Source of the DNA: Dimorphilus gyrociliatus
Lineage: Eukaryota > Animalia > Annelida
NCBI GenBank assembly: GCA_904063045.1
Contig: CAJFCJ010000008.1
Span: 186,001 to 250,000, forward strand
Length of the DNA: 64,000 nt
Reading direction: 5' to 3'
The notes under the pieces are model-generated. The model did no database searches, was not told the DNA's origin, and saw only the letters and a program-made list of their open reading frames with translations. Below are positions 23,545-36,836 of the stretch, piece after piece (position 1 is the stretch's first letter; each line of letters starts with the position of its first letter). The position numbers and the translations under genes are program-made.

Positions 23545-24909
23545 CAGATTATACAACACGTATGTGCTAGAGCTGCAATTTTTTTCTTCTATACATAAAA
23601 CATAATTATATACATAGTATATGTTTAACAAATAATGCAGTAAATTTCCAAGAAGAGAATGTTTGTTTTTGTTCCAACAAAATGGCACACTGTTTTTCAG
23701 TGCAGTTTGGCATATATGAATGTGGTTTTAATATGGTTTTTTTTTGTTAGTTTTTGTTTTAAATAGTATTCAAAGGACGAATAAAATGATTCATAAATTC
23801 ATTCAATCAGTTATTTCTTTCTTTGTTTTGTTTTTGTTTTTGTTTTTTTTCAAAAAGGAAATAATAAAACGATTCTTTTTATTTCATATTTAATCATCTT
23901 TCCAAGTTTTGTGGTTCTTTTTTTGTTTTTAAATTTTTGAAATGAAACAGGCTGGAGGAGTTAGTTGAGAGATAAGCAGTAAAATTTAAACGTTTTGGAA
24001 TAGAGACAGCGTTTCATAATTAAAGCACCGTATCGAACACAACCAGTGATTTGATAATGACTTCATCCTGTATATTCATTTTTAAAAGTTAATTATATTA
24101 ATGTTACACAATATATAATAATTAATTACAGTAATTATACTTTATATTATGGATATATATTAATATATAGATATATTAATATAGATCTCTATATAGATAT
24201 ACTCTCTCTCTATATATATTGTATATAATCGACCGATATCGTTGAAATTTCTATTAAAAGTTCTTTTCAAATGCAAATTAATTAAGAATATAAATTTTGA
24301 AATTTTAAATACGAAATCCAAAAGCTAACTCTCTTTTACTAATAAAAAGTGCATAATAACATGCATTTATGCAAAAAGTAACAACTATGAGAGGGTAAAC
24401 CCTCTCCAAAGTTTGCTTTTTAGCATAAATGAAGCACTGCACAAAAAGAAAATAATTTACAAGAAAACTCTATCCATCCTCAAAATTATTTTAAGCCAGA
24501 GTATATGTTAGTTACGTAGAAGGTATAAACTTAACATATACATAGATATAGGAAAGATTAGACGCATCCACTGTTAGATTGATTGCTATTAGATAAATAA
24601 ACCATTGATTAGTAAATCTCCAGGAGAGTTGGATTTCAGTAGCAGCAAAATACACCTTATTATCTCTTTGTTGTTTTTATAGATTTTTTTATACATATTG
24701 ATTTTAAATGACCATATGAATTTGAAAATATGGAAAGTATCATATTTTTATGACAGATGCCATAAAAATGGCTAGTATTACAATATTTTGATATTTTAGA
24801 TATTGTACTTTTAGTTAGTTTCTTTTTTTTTAGTTTAAAAGTGTTAAAAAGAAAAGCATACACGAACCATGCAAATATCGGGAAGTTATAGGAAACACCA
24901 CCATCATCA

Positions 24910-25868
24910 TCATCCATTCATCACTGTGTCAAAAGCACAGAGTGATTGCATGATTGTCTTATCCTGAAACAAGCGATACATGCACAATAAAAGGAATTAA
25001 TCATAAATTTAGAAAAGTGGAAGAATCACCAAACGACGAAACGTGTCATTTATTCTTTCCTCGAATAAGTATTAGATTTCCCTCCCTCGCAAATATTTAC
25101 AAACCTTTTTACATGAGTCCATAAATTCTTCAACCGATATAACCCCATCCTTATTCTGATCCATTTTACTAAACACCGATTCAACGTGCTGCCTAGGAGT
25201 TGCATCGTTCTCTGCACTATAATGTCCCATCATATCATAGATAGAGCCGACAATGTCTAACATTTCCTCCTTTGTTATTATTCCATCCTTATTAACATCG
25301 TAGAGCTGGAAAGCCCACTGTAATTTTTCTTGCAAAGTTCCCCTTGCTAAAACTGACAATCCCATTACAAACTCTTCAAACGAGATTGTCCCATTGTGAT
25401 CTTGATCAAACGTATTGAACACGTAATGAGCGTACGTACTTGAATCTATAATAAACAAAGGGGAAATTTATTAAGAGCATGGTATTTTTGCTCAAAATTT
25501 CCTATCAAGTTATTTTCCCATTTTATTATTATTACTATTATTAACGCCATCTATCGACACGCTTTCATAGAGCTCTTTCTGCCTTTCATTGCAGATATCT
25601 TATAGAAAATCGAAAAACTCTATCGCTGTACAAACTAGCCTTGTCAAAAGCCTTGTCATAAATTATTATATATTAATGTTTGCGTGCTAAAACTAGGAAG
25701 TAAGGCAAGGTTAAACTAAGTTGAATATTATATTACTACTAATTAGCTTTAGGGATGATCAATGTTTCTTAATTATATTTTCAAAATGAAATTCATAGAT
25801 ATTTCACTATTAACAAAGAATAGCCGATAAAAGCATTCACCCTATGTAGAATACTTTCTCTTTCTTTC

Positions 25869-25900
<32 letters not shown>

Positions 25901-28143
25901 TTACAGCGACGTCAACCAAACTCACTAGAGCGTCTAAGAAGAATTTTTTCCTTCCTATTTCGTCTAATTAATAAGGGAGAAGAGAGAAAAAAGGAAAATT
26001 AAATAAGATGAGGAAGGGAGAAAAAGCTTGATAGAGTATTTTTTTATTTAAATATTTCTTGATAATTCATAAGATAGCCAAAAAAAAAGAAAAAGAAAAA
26101 AAGCTATAGATAAATAAATAAAGAAACAGTTTAGATACATTATTATAACAAAAGTAAGTATATGCGCTGCTTATTCTCAAGTAGTTATCTCATTGATCGT
26201 TGAGGATTTAAAGAGTCTATAAATTGCCACATAAGCAGTTTTTCTTTCTTTTTCTTTTTTTTTAAAACAGAATTATAAAAAATTTTAGATTTATCGATAA
26301 TTTAATAACTAGATTATACAAATAAACCATCTTAAAGCTTATTAAAGGTAACAATTTATTTTCTCTGGTACAATATCATCTCAATTCTCAATGGAATAAC
26401 TCTAATAAAGGAAAAAGAAATGAAAGGAATGTGTTATCATTTTTCCAAAGAAGAGAATATAAGAATAAAGAGAAAGATAGAGAGAAAGAGAAAGAGGAGA
26501 AAAAATAGATGAAAGAGAGAGGAATATTTCAAAAAAAAAGAGAGAAAAAAAAAAGAAGCTCTAATAATAAATAAATGAAAAAAAATATATGCATATAGTA
26601 GTGTACAGAGGATTTGTTTAGGTTGGGAAAAAACGGTAATTTTTAAGTAATTAACCAACCCGACAGCTGCAATCATCTCTGGGGTTGGGAGTAGAGTGGT
26701 ACAATGGGCTTTTCTACATGTGAAAAAGGCGATGTATTTACGGAGCTTTTCAGAAACAGAGCCACTGTTTTCTCATGTTTATATATAGATTGAACTATAA
26801 GGAATTTTATTCGCTCCTATCGTAATAACAATAGATGATATTAACATAATAAATTACATCTACACTGTGACTTTTATCTAGGGAATCTTCCTCTTTTTTT
26901 TTTCACAACTAATTGTACAAAACACCTAAATGATTCTTCTATAAACAATATATAAACTTATAAATATATATATAAATATATTTTAGATTATAAACTCACC
27001 TCCTTGAGGAAAGAATTGAGCATATATTTCTTTAAACGTCTCCTCATTTACAACACCAGCGGGACATTCCTGAAAAAAAGTAAAAAGAGTTAGGATTCAG
27101 TAGGAATAGATTACTATTGGGGATTTTTTGAGAATAATATATGATCTAAACCTAAAAATGTTGTTTTCAAACGTTAAAAAATATAGTAAGCATAAAAACA
27201 GACGCCAAAAGCCTTTAATTTCCCTTAACAGTCTGGTATAAAAACGTTAGAGAACTTTTATATCGAGGAGTGTTGGTAAATATTTAAAAAAAAGGGAAGG
27301 GAATACCATTTCTTTTCGTATAATTAACTATTATCCTGTTGGATTAGAACGTTTATTAGATTATTTTAAGAAAAACTTAGATAAAATTTTCTTTCTTCTC
27401 TTAATATGTAAATGCGTGCTAATGCGGGAATAGACACACTCATTTAATCAAATTAATCACGGAGGATGTCCGTGATGCAACTAGCTACTCTGCATCTCTT
27501 CAAGTTGACATTCTATATAGTCGACCGAGTAAAAAGTCACTGTCACTATTTTTAGTAATATTCATCAGGAACCAATAAAATACATCCTCCGGTTAGAAAA
27601 TTTTTACACTCTTCTCGATTCTTTATCCTTTTTTCTTTGCAGTTTCCTTTATCTCTTACCTTCGAAATATTTAAATATCAACTCTCTATTTACCTTTAGA
27701 TAAAAAACCGCATATTCCTCTTTTATTTAAGTTAATTATAGAGAATTTGTTTATCCGTTTTTCTTAATATTAATTAATGACCTTTTATAACATCTTCATC
27801 TCGTAAAGATCAGCAAAATTAATAAGTAGTAAGCTTATTAATGAAATACTATATTCTAGAATATGATTTATATATGGGAACATGTAAAAAGAGTTGGAAA
27901 GGGGAGATGGAAAATTGTTAAGCAGATGGATTGAGGAAAAGATAAAATTTTCAACTGAAATCTCTATGAATAGTAAAGTTTCTTTGAATAATTAAGACCT
28001 TCCCCGTAAATTTCTAACCTGTTTAAATCCTCTGTACATAATTTGTAGCTCCCTGCGAGAGAATTTCGTCGATTTGCATAGGGCGTCAAGCCCTTCCGGT
28101 TTATAACGTACGACTTGCAGTTCAAAGTCGTCGAGGTCATGAT
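24910..28143 (-). CDS. KCNIP: Kv channel-interacting protein (KChIP, neuronal calcium sensor family), common core exons
   Basis: Exons 28143-28019 (needs a phase-1 upstream exon), 27069-27000, 25445-25105 and 24963-24910. Translation reads [39 protein letters not shown], three EF-hand loops, then [17 protein letters not shown]. Confidence 0.93.
25871..25900. repeat. (ATT)10 microsatellite in KChIP intron
   Basis: Read directly. Confidence 0.95.
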
Positions 28144-30999
28144 CTATTGGAATAATAAATAATAAGGTATATGATATGAATAAAAATGAGGAAATAGAAC
28201 ATTAGGATCAGAATAGAACGGATTGAAACGATTATAGTTAGGGTCACGCGATATGTCGGAACGGATATTATCAAGGATTCGCTTTGTTACGATCGAATTC
28301 CCTAGCTGATATTATCGGTTTTCGATTAATCAACGCAGCAAGAACGACAATTGAAATCGTTACAATGCAATTATTCTATGTTCATCTAGTACTCTCGTAA
28401 TTTTCATCTATTACTTTATTTAAAAAAGAATTGTAATATGAAAAAGAATTTATAAATAACCTATAATAGTTTATTTACATATATTACAATACACGTGATT
28501 TTCAATAGCACGTATCATCCATCCATAAAAAAAAATAGCAAAAAAAAATAACATTATTAACGCAAACTTAGACTCAAAAATATTTTTAGACTTATTAATT
28601 TTATCAATAGATTTATACTTAGATGATCTTAATTCTACATATAGCGAAAATAAACCTAGAGATTAAGTACAACTTTTTTTTTCACTTTTCCCCTCGATTT
28701 CTAATTTTTACTATTGTCTTTTTTTTTTTTCGTACAAAAGCATACTCTACAATACGTATACAGTATTAGATAAATTCATAAAAAGATAGAATTTCCATTT
28801 TAACTAGGATTGTTTTTTATTCTTTCTACATTAGCAGCTTTTATCTCACGTGATAAAAAGCTGTAAAAGAGTCGAAAGAAATTGGACTTGTATTTAAAAC
28901 AGAAATTATGGTTTATAAATAATTAAATATTTCATTCTAAATATGTTGCAATATTAGCCGATATCTACGTAGGCCTAATAGGTAAAACAATATATAACAT
29001 CGAAGCTAAATGGAATTTATAAATAATAGAATAAGATGAGTAAAATTTACGTTAGCTTTTTTTTTAGTTTATCTTGGCTTGTTTAATAAACTAAAATGAG
29101 AATATTGGTATTTTTCTTTAAGAATAAAAGGAAATTTCCGTCTACTTAAGACGTTTCAAAGCAAATTGAATAGAGATTTAATGATAAAAAGAAGTGTTGC
29201 TTAAAGAGAGACAAATTGGCTCAATAAGAAACTAAGATTGTCAGTGTAAATTATCTTACAGATTTTGATAAAAATAAAGGGAATATAAGCAGTGTCTCTA
29301 TAATGTTTAATACATTATATGAAACTCTGAAGGTATTGTTTTCATAGATCTTTTCTGTTCAACTATTTACGAACCAACGTCAATGAGAGAATACAGACAT
29401 TACAGTAAACTGAACAATACTTTAAAGGGAGCTTTTACATAATAGATAAAATATGTTTAATTGATATTTAACCCGAAGGGACAATCGAATTGACTCATTA
29501 TTAATCAATTTTAATCCACCTGTCAGAATGAACTTATTACTTTTGATTTAGCCCATCAAGCGAGCCGGTTAAGCAAATGATGATAAAATAAATCATTATT
29601 TTCTTCAGGAAAAGCTCTGTTAATTTTAGATTTTTCTGAGAATAACAGAAGGATTATCAGCACCAAATAGCCTTTTAGAAAGGGTAAAATTTCTCATTTT
29701 ACAAAAAACTTTATCCAAACCATGATAGAGAGTATCATTCAGTAGATAAAACGGAATAAATAGTTACATGTTTTTAATTGGAATATTGATGTTATTTATA
29801 TTTTATCTATTTAATCTTTATATACATATCCACAAATTCATAACATTTCTTTTTGTTTTTTATTGAGAAATAATCTCCATAGAATTGAATAGCATGAAGA
29901 ATAGAGTATATATTTTCACTAAATTATTTTCTAATTATCAATAAACAAATTATATTAATGCTTTATTAAAAAAGAGAACCAACTAAATACTCAAGTAAAA
30001 ATTGTTTTTAGAAATTCTATCTTTTCCAGTAAGTTAACTGGTATATCTTTTTTCCAAAGCTTATGGATGCTAATGATTTCCCACGTGTTTAATCAAATTT
30101 ATAGTCTCTAAGCTATTAGAAAAAAAGACGAAGAGGGGAAAATTGTCTAAACTGTATACAGAATATACAATATATATATATATGTATCTATATATAGACT
30201 GTATATCTACACATTATATATATTATACATATCTCATTTCAACGTTCACTTTTTTAATTCAGATTTAATATCAAATTAATAGAATACGTATATATTCTGT
30301 TCTAAACTTTTACAAATTTTGATGTCTCATATTAATAAAGAACTAAAAAGATTAATAAAGAAGAGACAGAGTTATTTTATTGATGCTTAACGCCGGTAGA
30401 ACAATTGCCAAGGCCTTTCTAATCAATTATGATTTGGTTTCTATTTTTTTCATTGAATATCAATGCTAATTTTCAACATATATATAAATTTTCATATGTA
30501 TATACATGTATATCTATTGACATATATGCATATTGTATACATTGAAGTGCTGTTATATTCGTCGTATAATTGCGTACTTAGATAGGCAAATCTAGCGAGA
30601 GGAAGTATATTTTTTTCAACTTCAATTAGCTCATTTCAAATTTAATTATAAGTGACCTTAGAGGCGTTTCTTATTTTAATAACGTGTTATTGTTTTTACG
30701 TTATTTCATTCCTTTATTAGTTTTCATTCTATTTTTCACTCATGCCTACTTTCTCTTGTTTCATAACCTCTCCTAGCTGCTTTCTCTCTCCACTCCTCTT
30801 CTCTCTCTCTCTAGCTCTCTTGCTCTCTAATTTTCTATTACTTCTATATAGACAACGTAGATTTCCTTTTTTTCTATACATTTTACTTTGCGCATGTTGT
30901 TTAATAAAATATAAATAGGTAAATTAAAAGTAACAACAGCGTATTAGATAGTTTTCACCCTTTAACATAGTAATACAATAATTAAAAAATTGCTTCTAC

Positions 31000-31078
31000 C
31001 TTTGCTAGCATGCTTCGAAGCAAAAACACTAAGACGCCTGGAAAACTTCCTCGACATACGCCTAGACAAGGCAAACAT
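31000..31078 (-). CDS. KChIP candidate alternative first coding exon A (MFALSRRMSRKFSRRLSVFASKHASK)
   Basis: ATG has an upstream in-frame stop; 26 codons + G, then donor AAG|GTAGAA. Phase 1 matches the core acceptor at 28143. Promoter motifs lie 60-100 nt upstream. Confidence 0.65.
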
Positions 31079-31139
31079 GATTTATTTCCTTCTAGACCGC
31101 ATCACACCAAGTAGTTGACTGAAAAACCTTTACGAGTTT

Positions 31140-31177
31140 GTCGCCATAGCAACAATGTGTTTTGCGCATGACGTCAT
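31140..31177. promoter_or_regulatory. RFX X-box plus palindromic CRE, upstream of KChIP exon A
   Basis: GTCGCCATAGCAAC (31140-31153) fits GTNRCC-N-RGYAAC. ATGACGTCAT lies at 31168-31177 and overlaps TGCGCATG at 31163. Confidence 0.55.
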
Positions 31178-33972
31178 AAATTTTAATAATTTTCTAGTTA
31201 TAAAGCTACATCTCTACATAAGTGTTACGTAATTCTTTCTATTTTAACGGAACCATTTTTTTAAAGAGAAATTACTTTAGCTTATGTTTTTTTTGTTATA
31301 ATAATAGATAAACTGCTCCTATTTCTTTCTCCCATTTCAAACAACTAAAATAAATAGGAAAAGTATAAAAAAAACCTCTTTACAAGACTCTATAAAACTA
31401 AAAAGTGTTAGACTCTTTTAGAGGCTAGTAGTATCCTTAGGGTAGGAAAAATGTCAATCTTAAGTATTTTTCAATATTTCACTACTATCTTCATTTCTCT
31501 GATATTAATCCGATACTTTATTAAATTATGAAAAGCTAATAGTTTCTCTTTCTTATTTTCATGAATTGTTGAAACTATTATCCACCTGTACGAGTTATTG
31601 AACGCTTTAAAGGGATTCAAATATTTTTATCGATACGGGTAAGTATGAGAGAAAAATAAAGTTCAGAACATTTGTAAAATTGAAAACTCGATATGGAAAG
31701 CGGAAACAGATGCGTTTAAAAGTGTTTCCTAATAAAAATGATATACAGAACACTTGCTAATCTTTGCAGCTGTTGCTAAAATTATATAAAATTAAAAAAA
31801 AGAGCAAGAAAAACTTCTGAGGATTATCCCTCATTAGTTGGCGACAGAGATGCCTTTTGTCTTATGCATTATACATATCTCTTTTTCTGTTTTCTTTGTA
31901 AGACGAGTATAAGTCACTATTGCAGCAGAAGCAGAAGGAATACAGCTATAACTCTATGTCAAAAGTAGAAATATAAAAGGAACGTTTCAAGCTCTTTCTC
32001 TCCTATTCACACATTATATCGTTATTCTATGATTCACTAATGGATTCCTTAGATAATTTGTCTCGTAATTAAATACCGTTATCTTCCCTCTCTTTGCCCC
32101 TATCCTACTCGTACTCTTCATTTCCAATAGTCAAGCTAGTGCGACCAAGAAGTGATTTTTAGAATAGACAGATGGCGTTTCGATCAACTGCCTTGGGAAT
32201 TTTAACTTTCGGAGCGACATCTAACCGAAATTAACAAAGCGTAAGACGAATGATAAGCTAAAGAAAAACTAGTAAACAATATATTAAAGACAAACAATCA
32301 TAGAAGCGTATCTTTCATTTTAGCCAATAGATAACAAGCTATAAAATGTTAGTTTTAAAAAAGAAACTTTTCTAAAATTTATCAAGATAATGAGTATTCC
32401 TCTCTTGGAGTAAGGCCAATTGTTTTATCAGGAAAGGTTTTACGTTAATTCAAGGGTAAATTCTACAAAGCCTTAAATACTGCTGTATTAACCTATTAGT
32501 TTAGCATTTCTATTATACTTTAAATAAAAATAAAAGCTTACGTTTTTATTCCATATAGAGTTTTACAATGAATTACTACAAGTTAAGCCTATTGGAATAA
32601 ATTTCAAGCACAAAACTTCTACGTTTAACCATGGACTTTTGTCTTTTATAAGATTCTCTAAACCGAAATTAATTAGATTACAAACCAGTAACACTTTAAA
32701 GTGTCTTCCCTTTTACTTTTCTTTTTAAATTAAGTGGATATAGTTAGAGAGGGTAAGAAGAAAGAGACAGAAAGAGTATATGTCTAGAAGATAGATAAAA
32801 AAGAGGAAGAGAAATGCAATAATTAAATGGAAAAATGAATAATTGGAAGAAGCCAAATTGTAATTTAAGAGTATGGTTCCGTATATATTACTAGCCTACT
32901 TCACAAGTAATATTATGTTATATTAATTATAGGAAAGAAAAAAGGACTAAGGCCTAGTTTTCTATAATATATAACATATGTTCAACGTATACAAATTAGT
33001 ATCATAACAGTAATAATGATTGTAATCTATGGTTAAAGTAGTATATAAAAGACAAATTGACTTTTATAGTTTATATAATATTACTTACAACAACATTCAA
33101 TGATTAAAGTAAACTAAAAGTAGAAAAACAAATAATTAGTGAAATTTTTTACCCAAGAATTGTTTTATAAGTTGCTTACTGACAAAGAACAAAGTTAAGT
33201 AGGATAGAGAGAAAAAAGAATTGGAAAGGAAATGAGTATTGGAAAGGGAATAAGTAAAAAAAAGGGTGGGGGGAAATTTATCTTTCTATCCAAGATCATT
33301 TTATTTAATCCAACGGATAAAAGGGCAAGATCAAACCGTAACTACTAAATAGGAACATTTTAATTCCTATCACGTACTTTTTACAGATATCAAGAAATAT
33401 TTTACAGGATTCCAGTCATTATTCATGAAAAAAGCCTAAGAAGAAAAGTCGTATAAAAGTAGGTGGAATCGTTTTTAATGGCGATAGATAGTTTGAAAAA
33501 AAAGAGCATAAAAATAAAATTTCCCGCAGACAGCAGACGAGAATTGATGTTTATACAAACCGTTCATTCCCGACGATCTACCTCTTATATATACATTGGC
33601 GCCTTCCTACCTTATTTATTATGAAAATACATTCGAAATGTTAATTGCATTTCAATCTTATCCAACTATTATATTCCGTTTTTTTTTACTCTTTCTTTTT
33701 TCCTTAACAACAAAAGTATTCATAGAATTTTTATAGGAAGATAGATATTTTTACAAGAATGATAATTAGATTAATTATAATTACTTCAATTTTATATACA
33801 TAAAAAAAAGAACACAGACGATTCAATTAAGAAAGAGAAAATGAGATCTTTTTCTTTCGCTAAGTATGAAAATGTGTCTACAACAAAAAGAAAGGAAAAG
33901 AAAAAAAAATAGCAGCTATCTAAACGAATATAAGGAAGATGACTATGAGAAAAATATGTCTCTTTCCTATAC

Positions 33973-34009
33973 CTCCTCTAGGATTTCCCAAAGATATAAC
34001 CATACCCAT
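33973..34009 (-). CDS. KChIP candidate alternative first coding exon B (MGMVISLGNPRG)
   Basis: First ATG after an in-frame stop; MGxxxS myristoylation consensus; donor GAG|GTATAG in phase 1; CpG-rich stretch upstream. Confidence 0.5.
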
Positions 34010-36793
34010 TCTTCTATTCTGATGAAAAACTGCTGTTTCATAGGAATATGTTGTTGAAAAAGAAATCCTATAATTTTATCAGCTTTTCTCGACAGACAAC
34101 GACAAAATGCGCGTCTAGGCGGAAAACGCCCAAGGCGACCTTCACCTTTTTCCGGTAGTCGAAAGTTTTGGAATGAAACTCTATCGGTTTGACGTGTTAT
34201 CATTAATAAAGAACGCCTAAGCGATGAGTTTAGATTGCTAATGGGCTTTTTAAGTCAAATATAATAAAGCAAACAAAGGGGAGGTAAACGATAAAAAATC
34301 GATGCCATTCTTTTTTTAATTAGCAACAAGAAGAGTGTATTAAATTTTTATTAACCAAAACCGGAAGTAAAAAATACATTAAGTTAAATGATATCTTAAT
34401 AGAGTAATAGAAACGCTAAGAGAGAGAATGTAAGTATATCCTGTAAGTATAACTGTAGACAGTAGATTTATGTTTATAAATTCAATAAGATAAAGTTAAC
34501 AAACAAGATAGGATTAACATAGAGGAGATATATTAAACAATATTCCTAGGATAGGATAGTTGATTTCTATTATATACTATATTTGAAGTTGACAAACTGT
34601 TCTAAAATGTTTTCTATCTTAAAAAGAATCGTTCAATGAAAAAATTGTATTCTCTCTACTTTGTCTTAATAAATATTCATGAGTTGTAAGTGTTATTTGT
34701 TCCAGTTTTTATCTCATTAAAAGGTTTAAGTGTGGTTTATATAAAAATTGATTATACAATCAAGCAATTAGTTAAAATTAAATGTGAAAAGTTTGTTTAT
34801 AAACTAATTTAGTTATATTTAACTTATAAATAAATATGTTATATAAGATTAATTCTAGTCAATATAAATTAATATTATAAGATTGAATGTAAATAGAGTA
34901 AAAGTATAAACTTTGGTTTATTTGACTTTTTTAAGATACATTCACTTCAATTTTATCCTCTTCGTAGTAGGGAAGATACCTTGTATCAACACAAATATTC
35001 TAATAGAAATATACATCAAAGTATTGTATATATTCTTTCTAGAAAGATTATTTGTTGAAAATAGAAACTTAGTCAGCAGGTCAGTTAAACCTAGTGTAAT
35101 TTCTCAAAACAAACACTTTTCTTACAGACAACACATGCTCTCCGAAATCGTAAATATGAGAAAGCAGACCTTTATGCTTCAGACTACAAGGTGCTAGGCA
35201 AATGGATAAAAGGCTTAAGTATTATTTCAGTCCAATTTTAAGAAGTAAAGTTTTACATTTGATAATAATACATTATTTTATATATAAATATATACAAAGT
35301 ATGTAATATATGGCATGTATACATTAAAATATATAATATATTCATGAAGCATTTATATTCACTCCTCTATGGATATGTATATATTTATATTATATAAGGT
35401 GAACATACCTATATATGCTTATACAATATGAGAAATATTTATAAATATTATACAGTATATATATATTAGAAGTAAAAACCGGAAATTAATGCGAAAATGT
35501 CCAGAAAGTAAGGCAAGTGTAAGTTTACAAATATGAAAGCCACAAAAGAGACGCAGCAAAGACATCTTGGAAAGCAAATCCGTCTATACCCGCCAAGACT
35601 TTTTATTTATTAATTGGGATCTTTCTTCGATTGAAAAGATCGATCTATGATTCTTTCATAAAGTACTACTCTAACTTCTTTAACTATTAACGAAATGAAG
35701 CTCCTAATTGACGATGTTTGTAATTATTTGCTGCTCTCTTAATCATTTACCAAAGTACGAAGGCAATCCAAAATGATAACGATACGCTAAAGATAGTTTC
35801 TATTTGAAGATATAGATGGCGTCTTTCGGTTTTTTCTATCTTTTCAAAACCATAACTCACAAACCATACCCTATTATCAATCTTAAGTATCTATTTTTTA
35901 TCTCTCGAAACATTTACGCTCTTAGCCTTGCTCAATATTTCTACTTTTACTTTATCTAGAGTCTCGTCGTTCTATTCCCTAGAGGGACATAAACGAAGAG
36001 AAGTATAGCTCTAAACTTTGAGAATATTTTAAAAGATCTGGAAACTTATAGTGGTACCATTAAATAAGATAAAACAAAGATAAACAGGCAACTTAACCTC
36101 TATAATCTTCTTTTATGTACTTACTAGTAGTATTTGGATTACAGAACTATTCAATTACTACAATTGTTTTTCTCATTTTAACGTCCTCAATTATGAATAA
36201 ATGAAGAGGGAGAATAAAATATAGAAAGTAAAATCTTCAATTTCCCAAGTGCCATTATATTTACAATCATACAGTTAAAAATATTCATGTAAAACTAGAA
36301 ATTTTTATAAAGAACAGTCTCAAGAGAAGAAAGAGTAACTATAGGTTTATTAATTTACAACAATTGAGTTGTGCCATACTTAGTTTGTCACTTTTGGCTT
36401 TCGTCAACCTTTCATTTTTCTTTTCTTTTAGTAGGTTAATAGCTTTTGTTTTATTTTTGATTTTTTTCTAGGTAAATTGACAGTTTTACCAAGGCCAGAC
36501 TCAAATTGATGGTCAGTAACGGCCTAGAATATATAATTTTCCCTTTTTTCACCCTATTGTACATTAAAACTAAAAAGAATACATATATAATTTATATGAA
36601 GAGCTAAAAAAAAACGACTATCAAGAGATGACATTGGCAGATAATATAATTCCAATGGTAAAAGGTTTTAAAAAAATATGATCTACCAACCTGAAAACTT
36701 CCTATTAACCTTTATCTTTAATATTTTATAAATCTACTCTTTTTCTTCCTTTGAAGATTATGGACAGAAGCGGAGATAAAAACATAAACTTAC

Positions 36794-36836
36794 CATAGGA
36801 TTCATAACGATGTATTTTTCCAGCCAAGTTACCCAT
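36794..36836 (-). CDS. KChIP candidate alternative first coding exon C (MGNLAGKIHRYESY)
   Basis: First ATG after an in-frame stop; Met-Gly-Asn start; consensus donor ATG|GTAAGT in phase 1. Confidence 0.6.

Noticed and set aside
28200-28380. CpG-rich patch just upstream of the first KChIP core exon as an extra coding exon
   Set aside because: The frame continuous with the core exon has a stop and no convincing splice pair was found; it may be regulatory.
33967-34203. 78-aa ORF ending in a W-rich segment, as a KChIP N-terminus
   Set aside because: It ends in phase 0 at the donor and no phase-adapting exon was found downstream. An internal phase-1 donor at 34145 (MITRQ..PEK) is possible but has no motif support.
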